Shown: in pieces, positions 35,163 through 47,265 of the stretch | How the letters are laid out: each line of letters starts with the position of its first letter | Position numbering within the stretch: the first letter of the stretch is position 1 | Assembly (NCBI GenBank): GCA_028534125.1 | Contig: CM052839.1 | Coordinates: 44,082,001-44,146,000 of the forward strand | Reading direction: 5' to 3' | Origin: Lama glama | Taxonomy: Eukaryota | DNA: 64,000 bases | Made by a program: the position numbers and the translations under genes | Notes under the pieces: generated by a model | Database searches by the model: none | Told to the model about the DNA's origin: nothing | What the model saw: the letters and a program-made list of their open reading frames with translations, nothing else

Positions 35163-37689
35163 AGACGTGCTCGGACACTCAGCAGATTCAGAAACAAACA
35201 CGAGCTGCCAGAGAACGAAAACTGGAGAAGAACCCACAGAAACAACTGAGTTACTTCAGCAACCAAACGCCAGGGGAGGCCGGTTTCCCCAGGGGGACAG
35301 GCACCTCAATGCATGGGCCGCCAGATCAGCACCGTCCCTGGTCCCCAAGGATGCCCTGCAGGGCGGGGGCTCCCTGACCAGGTGGCTCAGTTCAGCATGA
35401 GCGTCCTGTGGCCTCAGCTACTCATCTGGTTAGATTCTCCAGTTCAGAGGGTAATTTTTAGGCTGTGGCTCCGGCCACCGGAACGGGCTCAACAGCACGT
35501 ATTTCTGAAGGGGCTGCTGTTCCGTGCCCGCCCCGCCTGCTGGCCGGGGTGCGCTCACGGGCACGCTATGTCACCACGAACAAGCGTGTCTCAGATGGGG
35601 CTCCCGGAATCCCCCAGGCGACACGCCAACAGCCCAGGAACAGAGACGAAATGCCCAGTCGTGCACAGAAGGTGTAAGAAACAGTGTTACCTTTGCTACG
35701 GCCATTAATCCTTATTAAAAGTTCCCGTGACCAGCAGCGCTGCTACCCCGAAGAGAGCAAGCGGTACTAAGAGCAGAGCTTCCTGATGAATCTCAAAACA
35801 GACCCTAGAAGTCCCTGACCTCCCCGAGGAGCCTTTAGGTTCCACGGCCCGAAGGAATGCTTTTTGCTGTCAGCTCCAAGAAGCAATCTGCCTCGCACCA
35901 AGAAGCTGGATGGAAACACCACATCCTCCACAGAAACTTCCGGTGACTGGCAACACTTATGCCGACAACTGAGGCGATCTGTGTTCACCTTGACCAAGAA
36001 CACAAAGACAGTAAGATTTGACAGAACTCACAACACAGCCCTCAGGAAGGCCGCCGGTGCTCACGTGCTCCAGGGCCTGGTCCCTCTCTGGCCAGCCGGC
36101 AACCCGCCGGCACAGCCCCCTCCCCTCCATCACCAAGGCTCCTTTTTAGCAAACTTGTGCACTGAAGCTCCTCTCCCTCCGCCGGGTGATCTTCCAGTGT
36201 CCCAGTCGGATACAGTCATAAGGTTCACTTTCATAGGGCTCTGCAGCTTAATAATAAGTAATTACCGTGACAAAAGCCCATTTTGTGGGCTTGGCGAGGG
36301 TTTTTCTTCCCACTCTCTACAACTCTCTTCTCTTAAAGACCAACTAGACCCTCCAGGGCATCTTGTTGAGGTCCTTCTCGCTCTGAAAGGTGACCAGTAT
36401 TGGCCCCACTCCTCGCCGGCCGCCATGTGCCAGGACAACAGCCTCCCTGCGCCCCACGCCAGCAACCCTAGCAGGGGCCAGACGTGGGGGACCATGGCCC
36501 TCGGCTGCCCTGGAGGGGGCTGAAGCACTCACAGGGAGCCAGAGCCCCCAGGTGAGCTCCTGGTGACAGGCTGGGCAAGTAGGAAAACCAAGGCCAGGCC
36601 TTGTGGAGTGCCACCTGGGGGAGGCCCGAGGCCGCTCGGGGGAGCTCTGTACAAACCAGGAGCCCAAACCACAGCTGGATTTCTCCTGGTGTCGGGTGAC
36701 CTGAAGTCGTCCCTTGGATGGTGAGAACTCTGAAAAATACCAGCCCGGCTGAGAGGCTGAGAGGAGGGACGCCGGACAGCAAGCTCCTCTAATTAATTAC
36801 AGAGCTGCTGCGTCTCAGAGGGGCCCCGGCCCCATGCTCAGCGCACTTGGGGCCCAGCCCGTGCAGCGGGGAAAGGTGATGCTTTCATAGCGAGAAGAGA
36901 ATTCTGTTGCTGGAGGTTTTATTTTCCAATTTCCAGTTCGAAAGACTACGATTCAAAGCTTGCCTGTTTAAATGCTGCATCTTAATGCGCCGAAAACGCC
37001 GTCTCTTGTCTTGCTTGATTTCACGTCTTTTGCTGCTGCTCCTGTTAGCAAACGTGTGTTGAGACTGAATACGCAGCCTACATATGGCACCAGGGCGCAC
37101 TCACGCGGAAGACCTGCAACCCCTCGGTGGGAGCCTGCGGGAGACGCAAGCTCGGATTCTGGGGGACGGGCTGGGGCCCCCCTGAGCCCCTCCTCCTGTG
37201 GCCTCTACTTCCAGGGGCCGCAGGAGGCTCTGTCTCACTCCAAAGGTGCCTTGGGACAAGCTGGGTCTTGAACTAAACATCGTATTTGTTTTGTATTGGC
37301 CCGGAGCTGCAAGTGCGCCTATAAAAATGTGTCCCCACAAACAGCCAGGAAACGGCTGTATTCTAGATCTTTCAGAGGACACATGGCCATCCCCTGCAGA
37401 ACAGCTGCGAAGGAGACTGGGTGCTTCAAAGCTTGGCCCGCAGGCCACACTGGCTTTTCCAGAAACAGTTCTACACACAGTCGATACCCTTTTGGGATGA
37501 GCTTGGTTTGCAGTCTGTTTCGCCATCCAGCTGCCCCCCCAAGAAAGCTCCTCATGCCACCACTGGGGGACGCATCCACCCAACACTGGAGGAACCCGGT
37601 GCCTTCACCCCTGGTCGTTTTGGTGCCTTCACCTCAGCCATGAGCACCGGTCTGACTCCTTCAAGACAACGCCAAATGTCTGTCTGGCA

Positions 37690-37850
37690 TTTTCCAGAGG
37701 CTTGCCGCTTCTTCATATTAACTCAACCCTCCTATTCGGCGTGGGGGGATGGTGCCTTTGCCCTCTTTCTCAGAGGAAGCTCCCGAGGTTCAAAGAGGTG
37801 AACTGACTTGCCTAACACAGCCAATAAACTGTGGATTAGTCTCCAATCCT
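37690..37850 (-). mobile_element. MIR SINE
   Basis: 'cgaggttcaaagaggtgaactgacttgcctaacacagc'. Confidence 0.65.
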
Positions 37851-37903
37851 ACATTTTGCTGCAGCCCACAGCATCCTGCCAGTGGGGCTGGGAGTGGGGC
37901 AGA

Positions 37904-38026
37904 CCGTGGCTACTTTGAGTGGTGGGCCCCATGACCACCTGGGAGCTTGTGAGAAACACAGATTCATGGGCCCCACCCCAGAGATCCCCAAGGGTTCCTG
38001 CACTCATGGAAGTTTGGGAGGCACTG
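37904..38026. mobile_element. MER5A-like element, internally deleted
   Basis: 'ccacctgggagcttgtgagaaacacagattcatgggccccaccccagaga...aagtttgggaggcactg'. Confidence 0.75.
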
Positions 38027-39199
38027 TAAGGCTAACCTGGGAGGCCCACCCTGTCTGCGACTCAAAGATGATAGGGAACTTTGGGAGCTTGGACGCCTGC
38101 TGCCTGTACATATAGGGACCCCTTCACTCATTCTTGTTGCCAATGAGCCGTGTCCAGGACCACCTAGATGTCACAGGTGGTCCTTGGGAGGGTGAGACCA
38201 GGACCAAGGGCTCTCGGTTGCAGGCCACTTCCTGCCTCTCTTTGCTACTGACCATGCAGTCAGTCCCCTGTCCCTTGCTCTGCAGCTGCTGACATTGGGC
38301 AATTCCTGCTGTGTGGATCCTGGTAAGGGGCTGACCCAAGTGCCCAGCAGCCTGGGACTCAGAGCAGCTCCAGCTCAGCTGAGGGCCCATCTTTGTCTGC
38401 CATGTCCCCAGCTCCTGCTGAGCCACTTCCAATAGCTCCCTGTTTCCTGGCTCCCTGGAGAGCCCAAAGTGGGATACAAAAAGACAAGGACCCACCATCC
38501 AAAGGCCCATCTCTGCCAGGACCTCTCCTCGTCTCCAAGAAACACACGCTTTTGCCATCCTTCCTTCAAACATACCCACAGGGGAGGTGGTGGCGGGACA
38601 CGTTCACTTAGGCCTGGCCTGGCCCTGACCATCAGCCTTGGGGTGGCACCCCCTTCTCTCTGTCTCCCATCTCCACATCCAGCCCAGGGTGCAGACCTGG
38701 TTCTATGGCAGCGCTCCTTCTGGGTGGGACAGGCCCCAGGATGGTCAGCCTGAAGCCCTCCCGGCTTCACCGACTTCCCTCTTCAAGCCCCAGGCCTCCC
38801 TGAGCTGTCACCCAGACCCTGCAGGCCCAAGCAGAGGTGGAGGTGCTAAAGATAAAGAAGGCAACCCCACGGCGCAGCGGGGGAGGGCAGGCCTGGAGCA
38901 TGGGCAGCAAGGGTGGGTGAGGCAGGGGACTGCAGCCCCCCGCCGGCTGTGGCCAACCTGGCACCGGGAACTGCAGCCCTGAGAGGCCAAGGGGCCTGGG
39001 GGAGGTGATGGAGTTCCCCCTCGGTGCCCAGTGCAGGCCTGGGACCGCACTGATTCCGCATTGGGTGGGATCGCAGGACCCTCGCCCCCCACATCCCGGC
39101 CAGTAAGCAGGCGGCAGCGGATGCTCTGCGCGCACCTCCCCGGGTAGCGTCCTGGGGATTTGGGGGCTCAGAGTAGCTGGGCTTCCTGCCCTAGTCGCC

Positions 39200-40740
39200 A
39201 GCCTGAGGTTTCTGCGTAGCCCCGCAGATTGCAAAAGTCTGGCCCAGCCCCCTCCCCGGCAGGAGCTCCCGGGGCCTCCCTCGCCAGCCCCACCAGGCGG
39301 GTGGCCCGCCTCCCCCGAGGCCCAGCGCGCGGTCCACGCTGCAGTGGAGCTCCGCGCCCCCGCCGCCTCCGCGCGGCCCCCTGGCTTTCCCGACGCGGCC
39401 AGAGTGGGGCCCCGCTCCCCGCCCCCGCGCCCCCCGCGGCCCGGCGCGAAGTTCCCCAAAGTGACCAGGGCTTCGAGAGCCCCCGCCCCCTCCCCTCCGG
39501 CTTCCCCGGAGACTCCGCCCGCCGCCCCCTCCCGCGCCTTCGGAAAAGTTGCGAGCGACGCCCCAAACTCCGGCCCCCGGCCCCGCGCCGCGCGCGCCCC
39601 AGGCACCCCCGCGCTCGGCCGCCGCGCAGGGGCGCAGTTCCCCCCACCGGGCCCCGGCGCCATGACGCGGGGAGCGCAGCGGGGCCCCCGCGGCGACGCG
39701 GAGGCGGCCAAGTGCGGGTGTGGGCGGCGGCGCGGGNNNNNNNNNNNNNNNNNNNNNNNNNNNNNNNNNNNNNNNNNNNNNNNNNNNNNNNNNNNNNNNN
39801 NNNNNNNNNNNNNNNNNNNNNNNNNNNNNNNNNNNNNNNNNNNNNNNNNNNNNNNNNNNNNNNNNNNNNNNNNNNNNNNNNNNNNNNNNNNNNNNNNNNN
39901 NNNNNNNNNNNNNNNNNNNNNNNNNNNGCTCTGCGCTCGCTGCGCGGCTCGCACCCTCCGCGCGTCCCTCGGTGTGTGCGCGCGCCCTGCCTCCCGGGCG
40001 CCCTCTCGGTCTCCTCCTCTTCTTCCTCCTCCGGCCCTCCCCTCCCCCTCGTGGCGCTCTTTAAAAGGGAGACATGGAAGGAAAGCGGCGCGCCTCTGCC
40101 CGGTGCTCCTCTGCCCGGGCGGGGATGCTGGAGAGAGCGCGCGCGAGAATATGGCAAGAGAGGCTCTAAGCGCGAGAGAATGGATGAAGGGGAGCGGGGA
40201 AGAGGGAGTCCGTCACTTTNNNNNNNNNNNNNNNNNNNNNNNNNNNNNNNNNNNNNNNNNNNNNNNNNNNNNNNNNNNNNNNNNNNNNNNNNNNNNNNNN
40301 NNNNNNNNNNNNNNNNNNNNNNNNNNNNNNNNNNNNNNNNNNNNNNNNNNNNNNNNNNNNNNNNNNNNNNNNNNNNNNNNNNNNNNNNNNNNNNNNNNNN
40401 NNNNNNNNNNNNNNNNNNNNNNNGCCAGCTCTCGCACCCTCGCACCGGCCCCTCCGCTCCGCTCCTCCTCCCCGCCTCCAGCGGCCCGGGTTTGGGGCCT
40501 GGAATCTCCTTTTGCCCCTGCTCTGTCCATGGGCCGCTGCGGAGAGAAGGAAGGAGCGGCTCTGCGGCCCGACCGGAAGGCGCTTCGTCCTGCTTGGCGT
40601 TCGGAGAAGCGCCTCTTCTAAGGGAGGCCGGCTTGGTGGCGGGGATGTCGGTGATGTAATGAGGGCATCTACGCAGAGGCTTCCTTGCTGAAAACGCTTC
40701 TCGCGCTGCCCAGGGATTGGAAACCCAGCTGGGCGCCCTG
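39200..40740 (-). promoter_or_regulatory. CpG island promoter / first-exon region of an unidentified gene (minus strand inferred)
   Basis: By far the densest CpG in the window, with GC boxes (ccccgccccc at 39481, gggcgggg at ~40116), (GC)n runs and a TTTAAAA element at 40060-40066. C-rich plus strand at 39.3-40.05 kb gives a G-rich minus strand. Two gaps (39737-39927, 40220-40423) hide part of it. The island is seen directly; the direction is inference. Confidence 0.85.
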
Positions 40741-41037
40741 GGAGCCTCTCCCACTGGCCCCTAGGCCATATTTACACCCCAGGATTGCCGCAGGCACATG
40801 GACTTGTGGATACTTAATGTACAGGGGGCGGGGGAGGATTTCAAGGGGCACTGGCTACAACGCATCCTCCCCTCTTTATACCCACTCTGGACTTGGCGCT
40901 CACACATCAACGGAGCCAGAATCACTGTGAGATTCCTGACCCTGGTCAGCACCTGGCAGAGGTCTTGACTGTGTCCCTGCGCTTCCACCGTGACAAGTGT
41001 GTGTGTGTGGTGTGTGTACATGTGCATAAATCTGCAG

Positions 41038-41039
<2 letters not shown>

Positions 41040-41079
<40 letters not shown>
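41040..41079. repeat. (AC)20 microsatellite
   Basis: Perfect run read directly; a short (TG)n lies just before at ~40997-41016. Confidence 0.98.
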
Positions 41080-41081
<2 letters not shown>

Positions 41082-41381
41082 CTGCCATGCATTCACACTT
41101 GTCAGATGCCCCCTAGCCAAGCCCATTTTGACAGGACAAGCCACAGGTGAGTGTGGTTGTGAGAGGGACAGTCTGCCACTTGCCACCATTAGAGGTAGAG
41201 ACAGCAGGGGGCATGCCCAACCTCTTCCCCTACTCATGCATACTTCCCCCAGGAAAGGGGCAAATCCCAGATACCTAGGATCAATTCTGGACTCACCTGT
41301 CCTACCTAGAAGCACCTGTGACTCCTGACCTCACTGTGGGAGCAGGCCCCACTCTGGAGGGAAGCAGAGCGTGGACCCCTT

Positions 41382-41535
41382 GGCAGTGAGAAGAGCACTG
41401 GCTTGGGAGGCAGGTGGAGGCACCCTCACTCGCTGTGTGATCTTAGCAAAGTTGCTTGTCCTCTCTGGGCTTCGGTTTCTTCCTCCAAGCTGAAAGGTTG
41501 GTTGGGTGATGTCTGAGATGTCTTATAGCATCTGC
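41382..41535 (+). mobile_element. MIR (MIRc/MIR3-like) SINE
   Basis: 'aagagcactggcttgggag...actcgctgtgtgatcttagcaaagttgcttgtcctctctgggcttcggtttcttc'. Confidence 0.8.
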
Positions 41536-44500
41536 TGCAGGACGGGTCCACAAGGGCCAGTTAGGAAGAAGCAGCGGGGTTGGGGGATGCTGCGGACGTG
41601 TTCCCTCCAAGCAGTTTGGGAACAAGCTTGATATGAACACAGCTAGCAGGTGTGTGACCCTTGGACGCCCTTCTCTGAGGCACCCCATGTCTCTTGAACA
41701 AAACAGCCTCCTGCTTATCTTTCCCTAAGAAAGAAAGGGGGTGCAACGTCTGGCAGGGAGGCAGATAGAAGAAGGGACAAAGGTCAAAGGAGAGATGGTG
41801 GCGGGAACAGCTGATCCATCGTGTTAGGTAGCCACCCTTGCCTGACCTTGTTTTGGGAATCTCTCACTGTGCTGACCCCAGGGGTGGCATTGGCAGGAAG
41901 TGGGGATGGGGGCACTTGACTGTGGACCTGCAGAGGCCACCCCTGCCTGTGAGCTGGACAGGTTATTAACTTAGCATCTCAGACGAGGGGCCCCTTCAGC
42001 CTAGGACAGTGATGGGGTGACCCAGCACCGAGGCCTCGGGCATCTGGGGCAAGAACACCCAGCTGGGTATAGCATTTGCCAGCAGAGTCTTTGCAGAGAG
42101 TTCTTCTGCAGAGTGTGGCACCCCAGAGTGGCCCGGGCATCTCTGCTGCCCCCGTTTCAGAAGCCTTCCCTCTCCTTCTGTCCTCCCCTAGCCCTGTCAG
42201 CTGTCACCCAGAAAATTTGGGGCAGCCATGGAGTATTCACCTTTGGTCCTGGGCTCCACGTCCACCCTGCCTGCGAACCATCCGCTTGCTAATTCACCGT
42301 TGTCACCAAGCATCTCTTGAGATGAACGCTTTATCCTTCCCATAAGAAGACTTGGGAGTGCATCCTAAACACACAGCTCTCATGCATTTTCTTAATGAGA
42401 ATCCACTGCGTGCAGACACGGCACCAGATGCTGGAGCCGTACAAATAAAATTCTTTGCACTGGAGTGAGCACACTGTCTGGTGGGGAAACCAAGCCAGCA
42501 AACCAAGACTGCAGCCTACTGTGCTAAGAGCTATGACAGCCCAGCATAGCGGAAGCTCAAATCTGAGGTGAGCTGAAACCTTGGGTTCGGCCAGGGAAGC
42601 TTTCTTGGAGGGACCCCTGAGCTCATTTGTTGACCTGGAGAAAGCCAGGGTGGTGGTAATGCCAGTCTCAGTACTGGTATTGCTTCCAGCAGCCTTCTGC
42701 CTGGTCATCAGTGGGCCTCTCAGCCCAGCCACCTGCCTTCCAGCCTCACCTCCAGAGAGTGTCGGGCCCAGAGAGCATGTCTGGACACCTGCTTCCATCA
42801 GCCAGCTAATCACACCTAGGCTCTAGCAAGAGTGAGAACAGCAAAACAGAATCGAAAGAAAACCTCCACAAAAAGGATCTGAACAATGTGTATGTCTGGC
42901 TTATTTCTCAGGATGGGGCTGCATGCCCAGGGCCTCCTGCGCTGTGTCCTGGACTGGTGACTTCCACTACGAGCCAGTTATTAAATGGTAAATTGAAGAG
43001 GCCTCGGTCCACTGAGGGGTGTCTTTGTGGCGAGGCAGGGGTGTGTGTCAGGCCGCGGAACAGCTAAATAGCCCCGCTGGTGGCCTCTCGGTCTCCCCTT
43101 CAATAGTCGAGGTGTCAGGAGGGCAGGGAGCTTGCTGTCTGGTTCACAGCCTCATGCCAATGCCTGGAGTAGCTCCTGGCAGGGACGAGTGTGGTCGTCC
43201 CTGGCCCCACCCCCACCCTGAGGCTCGTCCCATTGTGGTGAGTCAACCACAGCTGCCGGAGGGCACTGACAGGGCAGAGCCAGGCTGCTGCAGAAGGGTC
43301 TGTGCCCCTAGGGTGGCTGTCCCACTGGTGTCAGGTCCACCCCTTGTCCGTGGTCTGGAGGAGAAAGGGGAAGCATGCTCTGTGCTCCTGGGATGCACTG
43401 GGTCCCTCTAATGGCAAGAAATGCATCTAGCGTGACTGTTTCTGAGTCTCTGCCATCCTCACCCAGGACCTCCAATGCCTGGTGCAGAGGCAACGCATCA
43501 GACTGTGGGCTGCAACGTTCTTCAGGTCCCTTGGACCCCTCGCAGCCCTCTGGAGCCCCTGGTGTCTCCTGGGCCAGGGTGGGTGGCCCTGAGCAGTGAG
43601 TGGGGGAAGCCCGGGGGCCCAGTGCTCAGCTGCCCCCGCTTCTGGGGCGAAAGGAGGCTGTGAGCTGGGAAGAGCTGTCAATCCAGTGCTAATATTCACT
43701 ACTTAAAAAAAGAGCCAAGAAAAAAAAATATCCTATTCACCCTGAATCTGAGAAGGGCCTTGTTAGGGAGGCAGGAACTGAGCTGTAATTATTTCTGCGC
43801 TCCTGGGCACCACTATAAATATCAGGCAAGGAGGCGCCTCAGAAGGTCCGGATGGTTCCAAGGCTTTGGAGATCTCCTAGCTCCTTCCTGCCCCGTCTCC
43901 GTGTCACCTTCCCTGGAGGAGGCCTTGCCGGGTGCAGGTGCCACCCCCCTCCCCCACCCACTCTGGGCGAGCCAGCCTGGGAGATCCAGGCCCACATAGC
44001 TTTGCAAACACCCTTCATCTCTGTGGTGTGCACCTCTGTGAAATGGGCACACGGGGTCTCCCTGGGAGAGCATGTGCCAAAGTGTTTAAAATCATCTGTG
44101 TTTTTAACAAAGGTGGCAATTCTCTGGCCAAATGATCTGGGAGAGTTTTGCCTAAGCTAATATCCCATCTCTCATCCTTTGGAAATTCCAAAGCTGCCCG
44201 TTGGCAGATTCCAGCAGGAAACAGGATGCCCTGCGATCCCTTCGGGGAGATTGGGTGGAGGGTTGGGTTACTCATCAGCCTGCACCTCTTTCCCCTTCTG
44301 AGTGCCCCCTCTGAGTGTCCTTAGGCTTCGCTCATGCAGGGAGGACAGCGTGGAGCTTGGCAAAGATGTCCCAGTACAAGGCGTGAGCTCACCGTCTCCG
44401 GCTGCAGCTGGGCCACACAAAGACAGTGTGCTCAGCGCTTCCAGCAGAGCCAGAGCTCCCTGCCCCAACGTCGGGGTGTTTGGCACAGGCTTGGGCATGA

Positions 44501-46011
44501 GCGCTGGGGGACCAAGGAGGCAGGAGCAGCAGAATTGTACACGGCATCTCCACAGTGGAGTGGGCTAGGGTGGGCAAGGCTCAGGTGGCAGGGGTGTGTG
44601 TGAGCAGGCATGCGGTCACCCAAGAAGTATCTTCTACGTGAACCAACCAGACGCCCACATCACCAACTGAACACCCTCCCAGGGGAATTCATGCCCCAAT
44701 TCCACAGCTAAGGGAACAGGGATAGAGTCAGGGGACGGCTCCAAGCTCAGGGCTGCTTGGGGTGCCTCCAACAGACGACACTGGGGAAATGTCTAGTTGA
44801 GGACAGGAAGCTCTCTAGTCACCTTGTAAAATGAAGGAGACCCCCAGACTCTCTGAAGGTGGGGTCTTCCCTAACTTGGGATTGGGGCTGCTTCCGCTTC
44901 ATCCTGGTGTGTCCAATTCTCCCAAAGGGCAGAGGAGTTGGCAGAGAAGCCCCTGTGAGGACAGGGCCACTGGCTGCCCTGGCTGACAGGGCCACGCTGG
45001 AGGTGTCCAGCAGAGGGCCCACTCACACCAACCAGAGCCTCCACTTTGAGGGAAGGCCTATAAGGAAGGGGTGCTGGGGGTGCTCCTCACCCCTGGGTCC
45101 CTCTGCATCCCTGAGCCACCAAGTGCTTGGCAATGCAGAGGGAAAGTCAGTCCTGGCCCAGGAAGCCATGGCCAGCACCCACCTTCCACTTCAGTGGGGA
45201 CCCCCCACCCACTGTTGCTGTCCCCNNNNNNNNNNNNNNNNNNNNNNNNNNNNNNNNNNNNNNNNNNNNNNNNNNNNNNNNNNNNNNNNNNNNNNNNNNN
45301 NNNNNNNNNNNNNNNNNNNNNNNNNNNNNNNNNNNNNNNNNNNNNNNNNNNNNNNNNNNNNNNNNNNNNNNNNNNNNNNNNNNNNNNNNCAAAGGGCACA
45401 CTCGAGATATATGGGCAAAGCCAGAAGAAGTTGCACAGGGTTGCAGTTATAAGCACATCTTTCTTTGGCAAGTTCCTCTCCCCTTGGGGCCCAGGAGCTG
45501 GAGGAATGCTCTCAGAGAAGGGCTGTGGGTGCCATTCCACCCTGCTTTTCCCACTCAGCACTGTTGCCAAGCTTTATTTGTTTTAAATGAACCCCCAGGA
45601 CTTCTCCCTTCTCCTCTTCTGGAGGGGAGGAGAGCGCTCAGCACAGAGCAAAAAGAACATCTGAAATCAGGCAGCGCTGTGATGTTCCACCTCGGGGCTT
45701 GGTGGGTAAGAGGCCTCGGCAGCTGCAGCCCTGGAAAGCTCTTTGCAGGCTCCTGCTGCATCTGGGCCATGAGCTCCTGGCAAGGAGGCAGCCTGGGCCG
45801 AGAGAGCCTTGGAGAAACAGATCCGTGCTCTTTGGTGCCAGCTGTGACCAAGCCACCATTCAGGAGGCTGGCCCCAGAACCCACAGAAGCCAGAGGAGGG
45901 ACAGGGGCAGAATTTTTTCTAAAGCCTTAAGAGCCTGACTGTTTGCTCCAACTTCTCAGGCATGCGAGTGTACAAAGGAGAAAAGTGGTGATTTACTATG
46001 ATTATTGATTG

Positions 46012-46215
46012 CTAACGGTAACAATACCTTGCACTGGCTCAGTGCTTTCCTGACCTTTTCATCTGACTTGATCCTCACATGGTGGATGGGGAAGGTAGCA
46101 TGATGCCCATTTGGTTTATGATGACACTTCTAGGACCACAGAGGCGGCCCAAAGTCACACAACTAGTGAGGGGCAGAGTTTAGGCTGGAAAACAAGCCTC
46201 CCAGCTTGCAGACTC
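46012..46215 (-). mobile_element. MIR SINE
   Basis: 'ttgatcctcaca...atgcccattt...gcccaaagtcacacaactagtgaggggcagag'. Confidence 0.8.
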
Positions 46216-46955
46216 GCACGAGCCTTCAGCTTCCCTTCCACGACTGTGCTTGGCTCATGAGCTCCGTTAAGCACCCTCATCATTAGCCCTTGGCTTTTCT
46301 CCTAACAGGATCAACCCCAAACCAAATCTGTTAACGTAATCGTCATTTGCAATAGCTTGGGCATTTACTAATCACACTGCTGCTCGGTCTGCGTGGCAAT
46401 TATCTTGAATTTCCTCTTTCTCATTAGGCAAGAGGTCGTGAGAACTCAGTAGGGTTGCTGAACTCTATGACGAAGCCAAGGAGAGAAGCTGCTGTTGGAG
46501 GGAGGAAGCCCTTCTGTGGGGGTCCTAGCTGATCTGCCACAAGATGCTCAATTTCCTGGATCCTCATCTCACACCCTGAGCTTGGCCCACCTCTGGAGCT
46601 CTCCTGTCCCATCTACATCTGGGCAGATCTACTTGGTTCCCTGTGTCAACCCTGAGAGTGACTGCAGAAGAGAAAGAGTGCTGAGGGGCACAGGAAGTCT
46701 GCATATTTGCTTGGACATGAAAATTCCAGCTCTTGCTGGCTCACCAATGAAATGCCCTTGGATGGCAGGGTCCCCAGTGCAGACATGACTGATGACAGCC
46801 TCTGCTCACATCAGGGAAGGGCTCGTGTTACAGGTTTGTCACTGGCAGAGGCTGTGGGGCCAGGGAAAACCTACAGAACTTACTGCTCCATGCAGCCCAC
46901 CCAAGGTAGCCTTCCTGAGCACTAAGGTTGCCCTCCGCTCCCCTACTTGCTGCCT

Positions 46956-46976
46956 TTCAGCACCAGGGACAGCTCC
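46956..46976 (+). promoter_or_regulatory. RE1/NRSE (REST) motif, near consensus
   Basis: TTCAGCACCAGGGACAGCTCC vs consensus TTCAGCACCnnGGACAGCGCC; one mismatch. Confidence 0.85.
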
Positions 46977-47064
46977 AGCATCTTGTCTCTCCCGTCGCCA
47001 CTCAACCCCAGTGAGACACAGTCCCTGGAAGGGAGAAAGAAGCGCAAATAAAGGCATGGGTGAT

Positions 47065-47265
47065 GGAGATGGAAGGGAACTGGGATCATAGCGTCCAGTT
47101 CCCTCTTTCTAGCCAGCAGTCATTGGCGCTTTCAGGGACTGCCACTTTTTTTTTTAATGCTTCACTGAAGGAGACCCTGACATCTCTCTGGGGAGCTCAT
47201 TCAGATTTTTATCACCCCAGCTGTCAAGAAATTCCACCTTGTGTCTCACACAAACCTTTTCCACC
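47065..47265 (-). mobile_element. L3/CR1-like LINE 3' fragment
   Basis: 'gatggaagggaactgggatcatagcgtccag...gaccctgacatctctctggggagctcattc...ctgtcaagaaattccaccttgtgtct' follows the reverse-complement CR1 end. Confidence 0.5.

Noticed and set aside
39200-40740. Naming the host gene (the architecture would fit a large neuronal adhesion or receptor gene such as SDK2, among many others)
   Set aside because: No coding sequence is visible and I cannot verify the UTR from memory; a symbol would be a guess.
38767-40754. Long ORFs across the CpG island (395-528 aa), including ATGs in good Kozak context on both strands at ~39661-39664
   Set aside because: They run through N-gaps, are open in several frames because of extreme GC, and give low-complexity G/A/P/R translations with no recognisable domain or splice donor.
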